DNA of 32,000 bases from Desulfobulbus propionicus DSM 2032 (GTDB lineage Bacteria > Desulfobacterota > Desulfobulbia > Desulfobulbales > Desulfobulbaceae), in assembly GCF_000186885.1 (NCBI RefSeq), contig NC_014972.1, positions 3,240,001 to 3,272,000 of the forward strand, in the 5' to 3' direction. Shown here piece by piece: positions 1-8,400 of this stretch. The position numbers and the translations under genes are program-made. The notes beneath the pieces were generated by a model. It worked only from the letters and a program-made list of their open reading frames with translations. It was not told the origin of the DNA and made no database searches. Positions within the stretch are counted from its first letter, which is position 1, and each line of letters begins with the position of its first letter.

Positions 1-1
1 T

Positions 2-751
2 GTCGCCATCCATGACAGTAGCAACGTTCGATCGGTGTTGCAGCAGGCCATCGAGAATCACGCTTTGTTTGATCTGATCATCCTGGATATTCAGATGCCT
101 GCGCCGGATGGATACGCGCTTGCCCATATCATCCGACACGAGCTTGCGGAAACGGCTACAATCCCTTTGCTGGCTTACACCTCTTCGACAGAAAGAAACG
201 CGCAACGGTGCAAGGAAGCGGGATTTGACGCCTTCCTCACGAAACCGACCCGACGGGAAATTCTCTTTAAAACCATCGAAAAACTTCTGGACCCCGAAGA
301 GGTGATCGAAACTGCTCCCACCAAAGAAACCTTTATCACCCAATACAGCGTCCGCGAAGAGATAAAGCAATCGATACGAATCCTGCTTGCCGAAGACAAT
401 CCGGTTAATCAGAAACTTGCCGTCCTCATTCTGAACAAGGCCGGTTATCAGGTTGAGGTCGCCAGCAATGGTCGCAAAGCCGTCGATCTATTTACCCGAC
501 GCCCGGAAAATTTCGACCTGATCCTGATGGACATTCAGATGCCGGAGATGGATGGCCTGGCCGCCACCAAAGAGTTGCGAAGCAGGGGGTTCAACACGGT
601 TCCCATCGTCGCCATGACCGCCAATGCCATGAAGGGGGATAGGGAAATCTGCCTGAAGGCAGGCATGAACGACTACATTACCAAGCCAGTGAAACGAGAA
701 ATTATTTTTGAGATTATCGAGAAATGGCTGCATCGGGAATTGGGAAGATAG
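2..751 (+). CDS. C-terminal part of a multi-domain sensor, probably a hybrid histidine kinase, with two tandem CheY-like receiver domains. 5' end truncated by the window.
   Basis: The frame is open from the window edge: codons 2-34 read VAIHDSSNVRS with no stop, so the track start at 35 is not the real start. Two receiver modules are present: ...DLIILDIQMPAPDG...AYTSS...LTKP and ILLAEDNPVNQ...DLILMDIQMPEMDG...AMTANAMKGD...ITKP. Stop at 749-751. Confidence 0.85.
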   Translation, partial: VAIHDSSNVRSVLQQAIENHALFDLIILDIQMPAPDGYALAHIIRHELAETATIPLLAYTSSTERNAQRCKEAGFDAFLTKPTRREILFKTIEKLLDPEEVIETAPTKETFITQYSVREEIKQSIRILLAEDNPVNQKLAVLILNKAGYQVEVASNGRKAVDLFTRRPENFDLILMDIQMPEMDGLAATKELRSRGFNTVPIVAMTANAMKGDREICLKAGMNDYITKPVKREIIFEIIEKWLHRELGR

Positions 752-765
752 CAGGGGCGAACACA

Positions 766-2238
766 ATGGAGGATGCGTCTGGTTTATCATCCGCAAACGC
801 CGCGCCGACAGCTCACATGGGCCGGCGTGGCCGTTTTCATCTGTGGGCCTTTTCGCCCGCCTCATCCAGCCGACGCGTTGATTGCTTTTTTCGCTTGTGC
901 GCGCGCTTGCTGCTCATCATGCATCAGGAATTTATACGCACCCACCTGGCGCTTCGAGCCGCGGCCCTCACCTATTCCATCCTTCTTTCCCTTGTCCCCA
1001 TTCTGGCCTTGAGCACGTCCATTCTCAAGGGATTGGGCAACGATGAACAGCTCAAAACAACCATTGTTCGATTTATTGATCAGTGGGAACCGCCAATCCG
1101 TTCAGAAGGCGGTGGCGATATAACAGCCACCTCGCCACCCAGCGCTGATGTGACCATCACCAGCGGTGCTTCCAACGACCGGGTCCCCTCGCCGATCTCG
1201 ACCAACCTGCACCGTGCCGTTGATCTTATTTTTCAGTATGTTGACCGAACAAACTTTGCCGCGTTGGGGATTATCGGCATCATTGGCTTGATCGGGGTCA
1301 TTTTTCTCGTTCTGTCTTCGATCGAGGAGGCCATGAATGCCATCTGGCATACGCACAAAGGGCGGTCCCTATCCCGAAAGCTCATGGATTATCTGGGCCT
1401 GCTCCTCCTCCTCCCCCTCTCGCTCAATGTAGCCTTAGCCGCCGAGGCCATTCTTGCCAACGAACGTATCATGCGACAGTTGAGCATGATCATCCCCTCG
1501 GCCTGGATGGCGGCCTTGTTTTTCAAGCTGGTTCCTTTCATGTTCATCGTCCTCACCCTGATGATCATGTACCTCTTTTTTCCCCACACCAAGGTCCATT
1601 CGGGGGCGGCACTCACGGGTGCGCTGTTCGCCTCCTTCTTTTGGTTCGTTTTTCAAAAGATGTATATCACCCTGCAAATAGGAGTCGCCAATTACAACGC
1701 GATCTACGGCTCCTTTGCCTCCATTCCGCTCTTCCTGATCTGGCTGCAAATTGGCTGGACATTTATCCTGCTTGGCGCTTCCCTTGCCTATGCGATCCAA
1801 CACCAACATCACTATCGCTTTTCGATTAGTCCCGCCTCGCCGCAAAAACAGCTGCAATTGGCCTTTGACATTCTGCACCTTGTCTACAAAAATTTCGACA
1901 ATCGCCACCCCACCTCCATCGCCGCATTGGAAAACAATCTTCCCGGAAACACCGGCCCGGACATTCAGAAGGTGATTTCACTTCTCGTGCAAGGTGGTTT
2001 GCTTCGCGTAACCGAGCATCAAACGGAAGAGTCATTGCTGCCTGTGACTCCGGCGGACAGAATGTCTGCCAGCGAGGTGGTTCGGCTGGTCCTTGGCGGT
2101 GAAAGCGGGCCCTCTCACGGCGGGCAATTGGCTGCAGAGGCGATCACTGCTGCAAGCGATGCCCTCAATGGCAGTTTTTCACAATTCAGCTCCCGTCGTC
2201 GCGATCATGAAAACAGCATCACCACAGACCATTCATAG
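766..2238 (+). CDS. YihY/BrkB-family integral membrane protein with a roughly 130 aa soluble C-terminal extension
   Basis: It has the family-typical N-terminal helix LALRAAALTYSILLSLVPILAL followed by multiple hydrophobic segments (IIGIIGLIGVIFLVL, LGLLLLLPLSL, FKLVPFMFIVLTLMIMYLFF, IPLFLIWLQIGWTFILLGASLAYA). The start is ambiguous among 724, 766, 817 and 919. I chose ATG 766 because it lies after the upstream stop and has AGGGG 8 nt upstream. Confidence 0.8.
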   Translation: MEDASGLSSANAAPTAHMGRRGRFHLWAFSPASSSRRVDCFFRLCARLLLIMHQEFIRTHLALRAAALTYSILLSLVPILALSTSILKGLGNDEQLKTTIVRFIDQWEPPIRSEGGGDITATSPPSADVTITSGASNDRVPSPISTNLHRAVDLIFQYVDRTNFAALGIIGIIGLIGVIFLVLSSIEEAMNAIWHTHKGRSLSRKLMDYLGLLLLLPLSLNVALAAEAILANERIMRQLSMIIPSAWMAALFFKLVPFMFIVLTLMIMYLFFPHTKVHSGAALTGALFASFFWFVFQKMYITLQIGVANYNAIYGSFASIPLFLIWLQIGWTFILLGASLAYAIQHQHHYRFSISPASPQKQLQLAFDILHLVYKNFDNRHPTSIAALENNLPGNTGPDIQKVISLLVQGGLLRVTEHQTEESLLPVTPADRMSASEVVRLVLGGESGPSHGGQLAAEAITAASDALNGSFSQFSSRRRDHENSITTDHS

Positions 2239-3940
2239 AATCCTCGGCAGCAACAATATCCTGCTCATTGTCGCCGATGGCTACAATGCGCCGAACAACA
2301 CACAGCCTGGCAATTTCATTGCCAGCCTGGCACTCAGCATGGCAGAAAAACTTGCCTGCTATGCGGTGGTGAATGCCAAATACAAAAGAGAAATCATGGA
2401 TCTCTCCCATGTGACAACTGTTCAAGAACGCCCCAAGGTGCGAGATTCGTTTCTTTTGCCCATAAAAAAATTTAAGGAGGAAATAGTCGGCAACGGCTTA
2501 CTGCCGCTGGTCCTGATTCTGCAAGCCATGCCACCCAAAGAGCACTGCGAGGACATGATTCTCTTCGGCTACGGCCAAGGACAACGTGCTTCGTCTGCAG
2601 CACCCCACCGCCCGACGATTTCCCCTTCCCTGCTTGCAAAAATTCGCATGGCTGTTGAAGATCAGCACTTGCGGACTGCAATCGCACCAACCAATTCCGC
2701 TTACTGCGGCAGGGAACAACAGCACCTCAATCAACTCTTTCGCCAAAAACAGTATCAGGATTTCTACGATCCGGAAGTCCGCTCGCTCTTGCTGACATTC
2801 CGACACGATTTGATCAGCCAGCGGCAAACAGCGGAATCCATCGCCTTGATGCTGGCTCCTGCGCTTGAACAATTCTGCCAATCCATGTCCCTGGTGCGAA
2901 ATATCGACATCAACAATATCGACACAACAAACGATGAGGATCTCCAGTACATATTTCGTTTGCAGGGCGATAGCCGCTATTCCGATGTATTGCGGGAATC
3001 ATACATCGAGGAACTGGCCAGCTCAATTGATCGCAACGGGCTTCTTCACCCTTTGGTTTTATTGAAAAAAAACGACGGTCGATATAAAATCCTCTGCGGT
3101 TTCAGAAGATTTCAAGCCTTGAAGAGGCTGCATCAGCCCCTTGTTGAAGCAAAGGTTTATCAGGAGAGTGATTTCTCTCCCGAAGATTTTTTCAACATCT
3201 CGCTTGCGGAGAACACCCGACGTCGGAATCTCAACCCCATTGAAATAGGGAATTTCCTCGAATCGGCCAGCAACACGTTGGGGCTCAGCAACGTGGAACT
3301 TGCTGAGCAATTCGGCGACACACTCGGGATCGGCAAACCGGGCCAAAAGGTTTCCCATTCAACCATTCATAAATATCGCAAAGTCAATCAAATCCGCTTG
3401 CGTGGCGAGTCACCGGAAATCATTTCCGATGTGGTCAATGAAAAGCTACAGTTTTCCATTGCCGCCGAATTACTCGCGCCAATCAAAAACAGTGAAGATC
3501 GCGATGCGCTGTACGCGCATATCGTCAAGCCGTTTATGCCGACTCGGCCGCAGTTAACCAAATTGCTCAACCTGCTCGAGCAGGATTCCCTTCGTTTACA
3601 CGAGACCATCGCCACGCCCCAGGTTCAACGGTCTATTGCCAAGGCATTGGCATCTCCCCAGCCCGTGACCACGCTCATCAGATTGCTCGGCAAAAAATCA
3701 GACGCAACCACGGGGGAGCACAAGGCACTGCTCGACGCAAAAGTACGCGGTATTCGCCGCAGGTGTTTTGGCGAGAATGCCAGTAAACGCGATTTTAATA
3801 TCACTCCGGCCGCTCGTGCAGGGGGCGACGAGCTGATTGTTCAATTTCGCTTGAAAAAAGGGGAAACTCAGCGAACCCTTGAACTCCTGGCAAACGCACT
3901 CACCCAAGACGACTTGTTTGCCGAGGAACCATCAGCCTGA
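2207..3940 (+). CDS. ParB/Srx-fold (ParB N-terminal, CTP-pocket type) plus HTH protein with an unassigned N-terminal domain of about 230 aa
   Basis: ParB N-domain motifs are present: LLHPLVLLKKNDGRYKILCGFRRFQALKRL (GxxRxxA box at nt 3098-3118) and ISLAENTRRRNLNPIEIGNFL (ENxxRxxLxPxE box). An HTH-like segment follows (LSNVELAEQFG...VSHSTIHKYRKV). The start is uncertain: TTG 2093, ATG 2159, 2168 or 2207, none with a clear SD. ATG 2207 gives a 32-nt overlap with the upstream gene. Confidence 0.75.
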   Translation: MKTASPQTIHRILGSNNILLIVADGYNAPNNTQPGNFIASLALSMAEKLACYAVVNAKYKREIMDLSHVTTVQERPKVRDSFLLPIKKFKEEIVGNGLLPLVLILQAMPPKEHCEDMILFGYGQGQRASSAAPHRPTISPSLLAKIRMAVEDQHLRTAIAPTNSAYCGREQQHLNQLFRQKQYQDFYDPEVRSLLLTFRHDLISQRQTAESIALMLAPALEQFCQSMSLVRNIDINNIDTTNDEDLQYIFRLQGDSRYSDVLRESYIEELASSIDRNGLLHPLVLLKKNDGRYKILCGFRRFQALKRLHQPLVEAKVYQESDFSPEDFFNISLAENTRRRNLNPIEIGNFLESASNTLGLSNVELAEQFGDTLGIGKPGQKVSHSTIHKYRKVNQIRLRGESPEIISDVVNEKLQFSIAAELLAPIKNSEDRDALYAHIVKPFMPTRPQLTKLLNLLEQDSLRLHETIATPQVQRSIAKALASPQPVTTLIRLLGKKSDATTGEHKALLDAKVRGIRRRCFGENASKRDFNITPAARAGGDELIVQFRLKKGETQRTLELLANALTQDDLFAEEPSA

Positions 3941-3994
3941 TCAAGAACACATACCCAGGACATCCATGCCCTTGTTGGGCAAGCGCTTCTCCGT

Positions 3995-4010
3995 TTTTCG
4001 CATGCGAAAA
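3995..4010. terminator. Perfect 16-bp palindrome (ttttcgcatgcgaaaa) between convergent genes; possible weak bidirectional hairpin
   Basis: The sequence is self-complementary by direct reading. It sits in the 160-nt gap between the stops at 3940 (+) and 4101 (-). The stem is AT-rich and there is no clean U-tract, so terminator function is uncertain. Confidence 0.3.
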
Positions 4011-4100
4011 TAGCTCTCTTTGATCGTTATCACCACGAACGGGCGAGAGGCTCTTTTGCAGTGATTCTTTTTCTGACTGCAGGACGAAAAAAAGTGCGTT

Positions 4101-5144
4101 TCATGCCTTGCCGAAACTGCACACCGGATACTGGCAGCGAGTGCAGTTGCGGCACAGACCACCGTGTCCAAGTGTCGCCAGTTCATCGCGACCAATGAAT
4201 TCCCCGGTGAGGACACGCGGCAACACCAAATCCAACACAGTGATCTTGTGAAACATGCCGCAAGCTGGCACCCCCAGGACCGGGACCCGGCCGATCCGGC
4301 CGACGAGAAACATGGCTCCCGGCAGCACCGGCGTACCGTAGACCATTGCCTTGGCTCCGGCCTCCTTGATGCCAATGCGAGTGACATCATCCGGGTCCAC
4401 CGACATGCCGCCGGAGGTGACGATCAATTCCGCACCGGCCTCGAGACATTTGCGGATCTCGTCGGCAATGAGTCCCGGGTCGTCCGGTGCAAAACCCACC
4501 CGGATCACATCAGACCCTAGCCGAGTCAATTTATCACGCAGGACCTGTTCGAACTTATCCTCGATACGCCCGTGGAACACCTCGCTCCCGGTGATCACCA
4601 ACCCAGCCTCTACTTTTGCAAGCGGTCGCACTTGAATTATCGGCGTTCCCGAGGAAGCGATCGCAACGGCCTCGTCCACCACTTTCCGCTTGCCGACCAG
4701 TGGAATCATCCGGGAAGCAGCCACCTGCTCGCCTTTTTCGACTGGGGTATTGTCTTGCAACGTGGCGCACATGACCTCGCCCAGCACGTTCAACCGGTAC
4801 AACGACTCCCGATTGATCTTGAGCAGACCATCGGTTGCCGCCACGATGCTGACCTTGCCCTCGACAATCTCCCGGGAATACTCCGTCCCAGGACCCGCCA
4901 AGGCTTCAGCCATCAGCAGCGCCGCCTCGTTTTCATGGATTTCATCCTGACTCAACCGAAGCACATAAATGTGTTCCTTGCCGAGCCGACGGAGGTGCTC
5001 CACATCTTCAGGCCGGATCACATGGCCTTTTTTAAAGGCGCGTCCCTTAAATTCGTCCTTGACGATCTCGGTGATATCATGGGGCAATACCATGCCCACC
5101 GCCTCTGCCACCGGTACAACTTTTTTCAGCGATTCTTCGTTCAT
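4101..5144 (-). CDS. Molybdopterin-binding (MoeA-like / MoCF-biosynthesis domain) protein with a Cys-rich C-terminus
   Basis: It has a MoCF_biosynth-type core (VEAGLVITGSEV...LIVTSGGMSVDPDDVT...PVLPGAMFLVG...PVLGVPAC) and the C-terminal CRNCTRCQYPVC. An SD-like AGGTGA lies upstream of ATG 5144. Confidence 0.8.
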   Translation of the reverse strand: MNEESLKKVVPVAEAVGMVLPHDITEIVKDEFKGRAFKKGHVIRPEDVEHLRRLGKEHIYVLRLSQDEIHENEAALLMAEALAGPGTEYSREIVEGKVSIVAATDGLLKINRESLYRLNVLGEVMCATLQDNTPVEKGEQVAASRMIPLVGKRKVVDEAVAIASSGTPIIQVRPLAKVEAGLVITGSEVFHGRIEDKFEQVLRDKLTRLGSDVIRVGFAPDDPGLIADEIRKCLEAGAELIVTSGGMSVDPDDVTRIGIKEAGAKAMVYGTPVLPGAMFLVGRIGRVPVLGVPACGMFHKITVLDLVLPRVLTGEFIGRDELATLGHGGLCRNCTRCQYPVCSFGKA

Positions 5145-5332
5145 GCCCTTTCACCTGCGCCGCCATGTGCGCTTCAACAGTCAATTGGTTGCAAATGCTG
5201 CACTTCTCGCCTTCCATGATCGGTAAACGATCATACAGACTGCAACCACCTACGCTCTTTTTTTATCAGAATAACGACTTGAATACAATCTCTTTCAGGC
5301 GGACATCCTCTGGACGAGGCACGGCTAGCATC

Positions 5333-5361
5333 TTTACCCGCTCAAAACGATAGGGTAGAAT
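5333..5361 (+). promoter_or_regulatory. Candidate sigma70-type promoter for the Trm112-like gene
   Basis: TTTACC (5333-5338), a 17-nt spacer, then TAGAAT (5356-5361). A second TAGAAT lies 9 nt downstream. Pattern match only. Confidence 0.35.
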
Positions 5362-5462
5362 GCCTAGAATCGCGGGGCCAAATAGAGTAAAGGCCTTACA
5401 CAAACACGATGCGTGCATGTTGCCGCTACGCGCGGCACAACGAGGAAGCAAAGGACCAACTT

Positions 5463-5636
5463 ATGATCAAACAAGAACTGCTGGAAATACTGGCCTGCCC
5501 GCAATGCAAGGGGCCGGTTGAATTGAACCCGGAAAGCAACGGCATTGTTTGCCGGGCCTGCGGCCTGCTCTACCCGGTACGCGACGATATCCCGATCATG
5601 CTGATCGACGAGGCCAAGCCGCTGGATAAAGAATGA
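5463..5636 (+). CDS. Trm112/UPF0434 (YcaR-like) small zinc-ribbon protein
   Basis: MIKQELLEILACPQCKGPVEL...IVCRACGLLYPVRDDIPIMLIDEA is the classic CPxC...CxxC plus 'PVRDGIPILL'-type signature. The ATG at 5463 gives the family-typical length of 57 aa. Confidence 0.85.
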   Translation: MIKQELLEILACPQCKGPVELNPESNGIVCRACGLLYPVRDDIPIMLIDEAKPLDKE

Positions 5637-5643
5637 CATTCAA

Positions 5644-5681
5644 AACAGGAACCGGCGGACCATTGGCCGCCGATTCCTGTT
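5644..5681. terminator. Strong bidirectional hairpin between the convergent Trm112-like gene and ppsA
   Basis: aacaggaaccggcgg / ccgccgattcctgtt forms a 15-bp stem with one mismatch and an 8-nt loop. The A-run upstream gives a U-tract for the minus-strand (ppsA) transcript. Confidence 0.7.
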
Positions 5682-5705
5682 GCGTTGCTCCTGCCCGCTG
5701 TCTCT

Positions 5706-8156
5706 TTAAGGAGCGATACCCAGTTCACGCTCCTTGGCGGCAATGGCCAATCGGGTTTTGACCACCGTATCCGAGACCAAGCTGATGGAGTCGATCCCTT
5801 CCTCCACGAGGAATGTGGCGAAATCAGGGAAATCCGACGGCGCCTGCCCGCAGATACCGATCTTTCGACCACGTCGCCTGGCGGTGGCGATCACCATCTT
5901 GATCAGTGTTTTCACCGCCTCGTTGCGCTCGTTGTAAATATGCGCAACCAAATCGGAGTCCCGGTCAAGACCGAGCGTCAGCTGCGTCAAATCATTGGAG
6001 CCGATGGAAAAACCATCAAACACATCGCAGAAGGCATCGGCGGCGATGACATTGGACGGAATCTCGCACATTACGTAGACCTCCAACCCGTTTTCACCCT
6101 GCACCAGGCCGTTTTCCCGCATCACCTCGATGACCTTGCGCCCCTCCTCCGGAGTACGGCAGAACGGGACCATCAGCTTGATGTTGGTCAACCCCATTTC
6201 GTTGCGCGCCTTAAGGAGAGCCTTGCACTCGAGATCAAAGGCGGCTCGATAGCGCGGATCATAATAACGAGACGCACCGCGCCAGCCAATCATTGGATTT
6301 GATTCCTCCGGCTCGTAGAGATGACCGCCGATGAGATTGGCGTACTCATTGGATTTGAAGTCCGAAAGCCGGACAATCACATCCTTGGGATAGAAACCGG
6401 CACCAATCCGCCCCACTCCCTCGGCCAGTTTATCGATGAAATACTGACGCTTGTCGTGCGGGTATGCCGTGGTGCGAGCGTTGATGTCCTCGACGATCTC
6501 AAGCACCTCGTCGTCCACCTCGGAGAGTTCGCACAGCTTTTCGTAGTTGATCAGGGCCATCGGGTGAATGCCGATGTGGGAGTTGATGATGAATTCCTCA
6601 CGCGCCAAACCAACCCCTTCGTTGGGCAATTGCCCCTCGACAAAGGCTTTTTCCGGTAGACCGACATTCATCATCACCTTGGTGCGCGTAACGGGGATGT
6701 TGTCGAGATCCAGGGTTTCGACAGCGAATTCGAGCAATCCGTCATAAATATGCCCCGTCTCCCCCTCGGCGCAGGAAACGGTGACCTGCTGGCCGTTTTG
6801 AATCATCTGCGTGCCATTTTCAGTGCCGATGACGCAGGGGATACCCAACTCGCGAGAAATAATCGCCGCGTGACAGGTCCGGCCACCGCGGTTGGTGACG
6901 ATGGCGCCGGCGGTCTTCATGATCGGTTCCCAATCCGGGTCGGTCATATCGGTGACCAGGACCTCGCCGGCCTTGAAGTCATGAATCTGGCTGACATCGT
7001 TGAGAATCCGGGTCACGCCCTGACCGATCTTGGCGCCGACCGCTTGACCGCTTGCCAGCACGGTACCCTTTTGCTTGAGCACGTAGGTTTCCATAGTCCG
7101 TTTGCAGGCCTGGGAATGAACGGTCTCCGGCCGGGCCTGGACGATGAACAAATTACCGGTACCCACTGCCTGGCCATCGCCATCCTTGGCCCATTCGATG
7201 TCCATGGGTCGGCCGTAGTGGTCCTCGATGATACAGGCCCAACGCGCCAGTTGCAGGATCTCGTCGTCACTGAGGATGTAGGAGCCGCGTTCCTCCGCCG
7301 TGGTTTCCACGTTCTTCACCGGTTCCTCGGCGTTCGAATCGGGATTGTAGATCATCTTGATTTCCTTGGTCCCTACCCGCTTACCGACGATCGGCCGCTT
7401 GCCCTCTTTCAAGGTCGGCTTGAAAATGTAATATTCGTCGGGATTGACCGCCCCTTGCACCACATTTTCTCCCAATCCCCAGGCTCCAGTGAGAAAAACG
7501 GCATCCTTGAACCCGGATTCGGTGTCGATGGAAAACATGACACCCGAACAGGCGGAGTCGGATCGCACCATCTTCTGCACCACGATCGACAGATACACAT
7601 CGAATTGGCCGAACCCTTTGTCATGCCGGTAGGAAATGGCGCGATCGGTGAATAAGGAGGCAAAACAGCGCTTGCAGGCGTCGATGAGCGCCTCAGGGCC
7701 GCGGATGTTGAGGTAGGTGTCCTGCTGACCGGCAAAAGAGGCGTCGGGAAGATCCTCGGCAGTTGCGGACGAACGAACAGCCACATCCACGTTTTGTCCG
7801 TACTCTTCCTCCATTTTTTGATAGGCGCTGATAATCGCCTGGCGCAAATCTGCGGGGAATTCGGCGTTGCGGATAATGTTCCGCACCTTGGCACCGCGGG
7901 CTTGGAGGTTGTGCAGATCATGGGTATCGAGACCCGCCAGGGCGTCACGGATAGCCGCCTCGACCCCTGCCTCCTGGAGTAAATAACGATAGGCATAGGC
8001 AGTGATGGCGTAGCCGTTGGGCACCGCCACCCCCTTGGAAGTTAACTTCTGATGCATTTCGCCCAAGGAAGCGTTCTTGCCGCCCACCATCGGCACGTCC
8101 TCGATGCCGATTTCATCAAACCAAAGAATCAGTGCTGTATCGTGTCGGTTTTCCAT
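5706..8156 (-). CDS. ppsA: Phosphoenolpyruvate synthase (pyruvate, water dikinase)
   Basis: Full length at 816 aa. The N-terminus VPMVGGKNASLGEM, the phosphohistidine region TNRGGRTCHAAIISRELGIPCV and the C-terminal PEP-utilising TIM domain (GSNDLTQLTLG) are present. SD AGGGAG upstream. Confidence 0.97.
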   Translation of the reverse strand: MENRHDTALILWFDEIGIEDVPMVGGKNASLGEMHQKLTSKGVAVPNGYAITAYAYRYLLQEAGVEAAIRDALAGLDTHDLHNLQARGAKVRNIIRNAEFPADLRQAIISAYQKMEEEYGQNVDVAVRSSATAEDLPDASFAGQQDTYLNIRGPEALIDACKRCFASLFTDRAISYRHDKGFGQFDVYLSIVVQKMVRSDSACSGVMFSIDTESGFKDAVFLTGAWGLGENVVQGAVNPDEYYIFKPTLKEGKRPIVGKRVGTKEIKMIYNPDSNAEEPVKNVETTAEERGSYILSDDEILQLARWACIIEDHYGRPMDIEWAKDGDGQAVGTGNLFIVQARPETVHSQACKRTMETYVLKQKGTVLASGQAVGAKIGQGVTRILNDVSQIHDFKAGEVLVTDMTDPDWEPIMKTAGAIVTNRGGRTCHAAIISRELGIPCVIGTENGTQMIQNGQQVTVSCAEGETGHIYDGLLEFAVETLDLDNIPVTRTKVMMNVGLPEKAFVEGQLPNEGVGLAREEFIINSHIGIHPMALINYEKLCELSEVDDEVLEIVEDINARTTAYPHDKRQYFIDKLAEGVGRIGAGFYPKDVIVRLSDFKSNEYANLIGGHLYEPEESNPMIGWRGASRYYDPRYRAAFDLECKALLKARNEMGLTNIKLMVPFCRTPEEGRKVIEVMRENGLVQGENGLEVYVMCEIPSNVIAADAFCDVFDGFSIGSNDLTQLTLGLDRDSDLVAHIYNERNEAVKTLIKMVIATARRRGRKIGICGQAPSDFPDFATFLVEEGIDSISLVSDTVVKTRLAIAAKERELGIAP

Positions 8157-8247
8157 CTGTTACTCCCTTGTGAAATGAATCGCCAGTTGGATGACTCCTT
8201 CTCCTCAAACCGTCCGTTTTCGGAAACTAGCGTTTATGACGCTAACT

Positions 8248-8276
8248 ATATTAAAAAAAATCATCTAGCCGGTCAA
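8248..8276 (-). promoter_or_regulatory. Candidate sigma70 promoter for ppsA
   Basis: On the minus strand: TTGACC (plus coordinates 8271-8276), a 17-nt spacer, then TAATAT (8248-8253). This predicts a leader of about 85 nt. Confidence 0.5.
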
Positions 8277-8313
8277 CCGAAACGTCTGCCTTGCGTCCAT
8301 GCTTCGTAGCCAC

Positions 8314-8342
8314 TTGCCATGCGTTGTTCCTGGGGCTATAAT
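8314..8342 (+). promoter_or_regulatory. Candidate sigma70 promoter for the phosphohexomutase gene
   Basis: TTGCCA (8314-8319), a 17-nt spacer, then a consensus TATAAT (8337-8342). Confidence 0.5.
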
Positions 8343-8358
8343 AATGAAATATTTCATT
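8343..8358. promoter_or_regulatory. Perfect 16-bp palindrome aatgaaatatttcatt directly after the -10 box; candidate operator
   Basis: Self-complementary by direct reading. It abuts the TATAAT and therefore covers the predicted transcription start. Confidence 0.35.
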
Positions 8359-8400
8359 TTTCATCAAGTTCCGACTATATTTAAGCAAGGGAGCGCGAGG

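Noticed and set aside
3065-3072. A8 homopolymer inside the ParB-like gene (also A8 at 9559-9566 in the pgm-family gene) as a phase-variation slippage tract
   Set aside because: The runs are short, encode ordinary Lys-Lys stretches, and are not associated with surface or restriction genes. I see no evidence of frameshifted alternative products.
3941-4390. 149-aa minus-strand ORF covering the convergent intergenic gap and the 3' end of the MoeA-like gene
   Set aside because: It overlaps the well-supported MoeA-like CDS in another frame. It has a Cys/Arg/Ser/Trp-rich composition, no motif and no SD.
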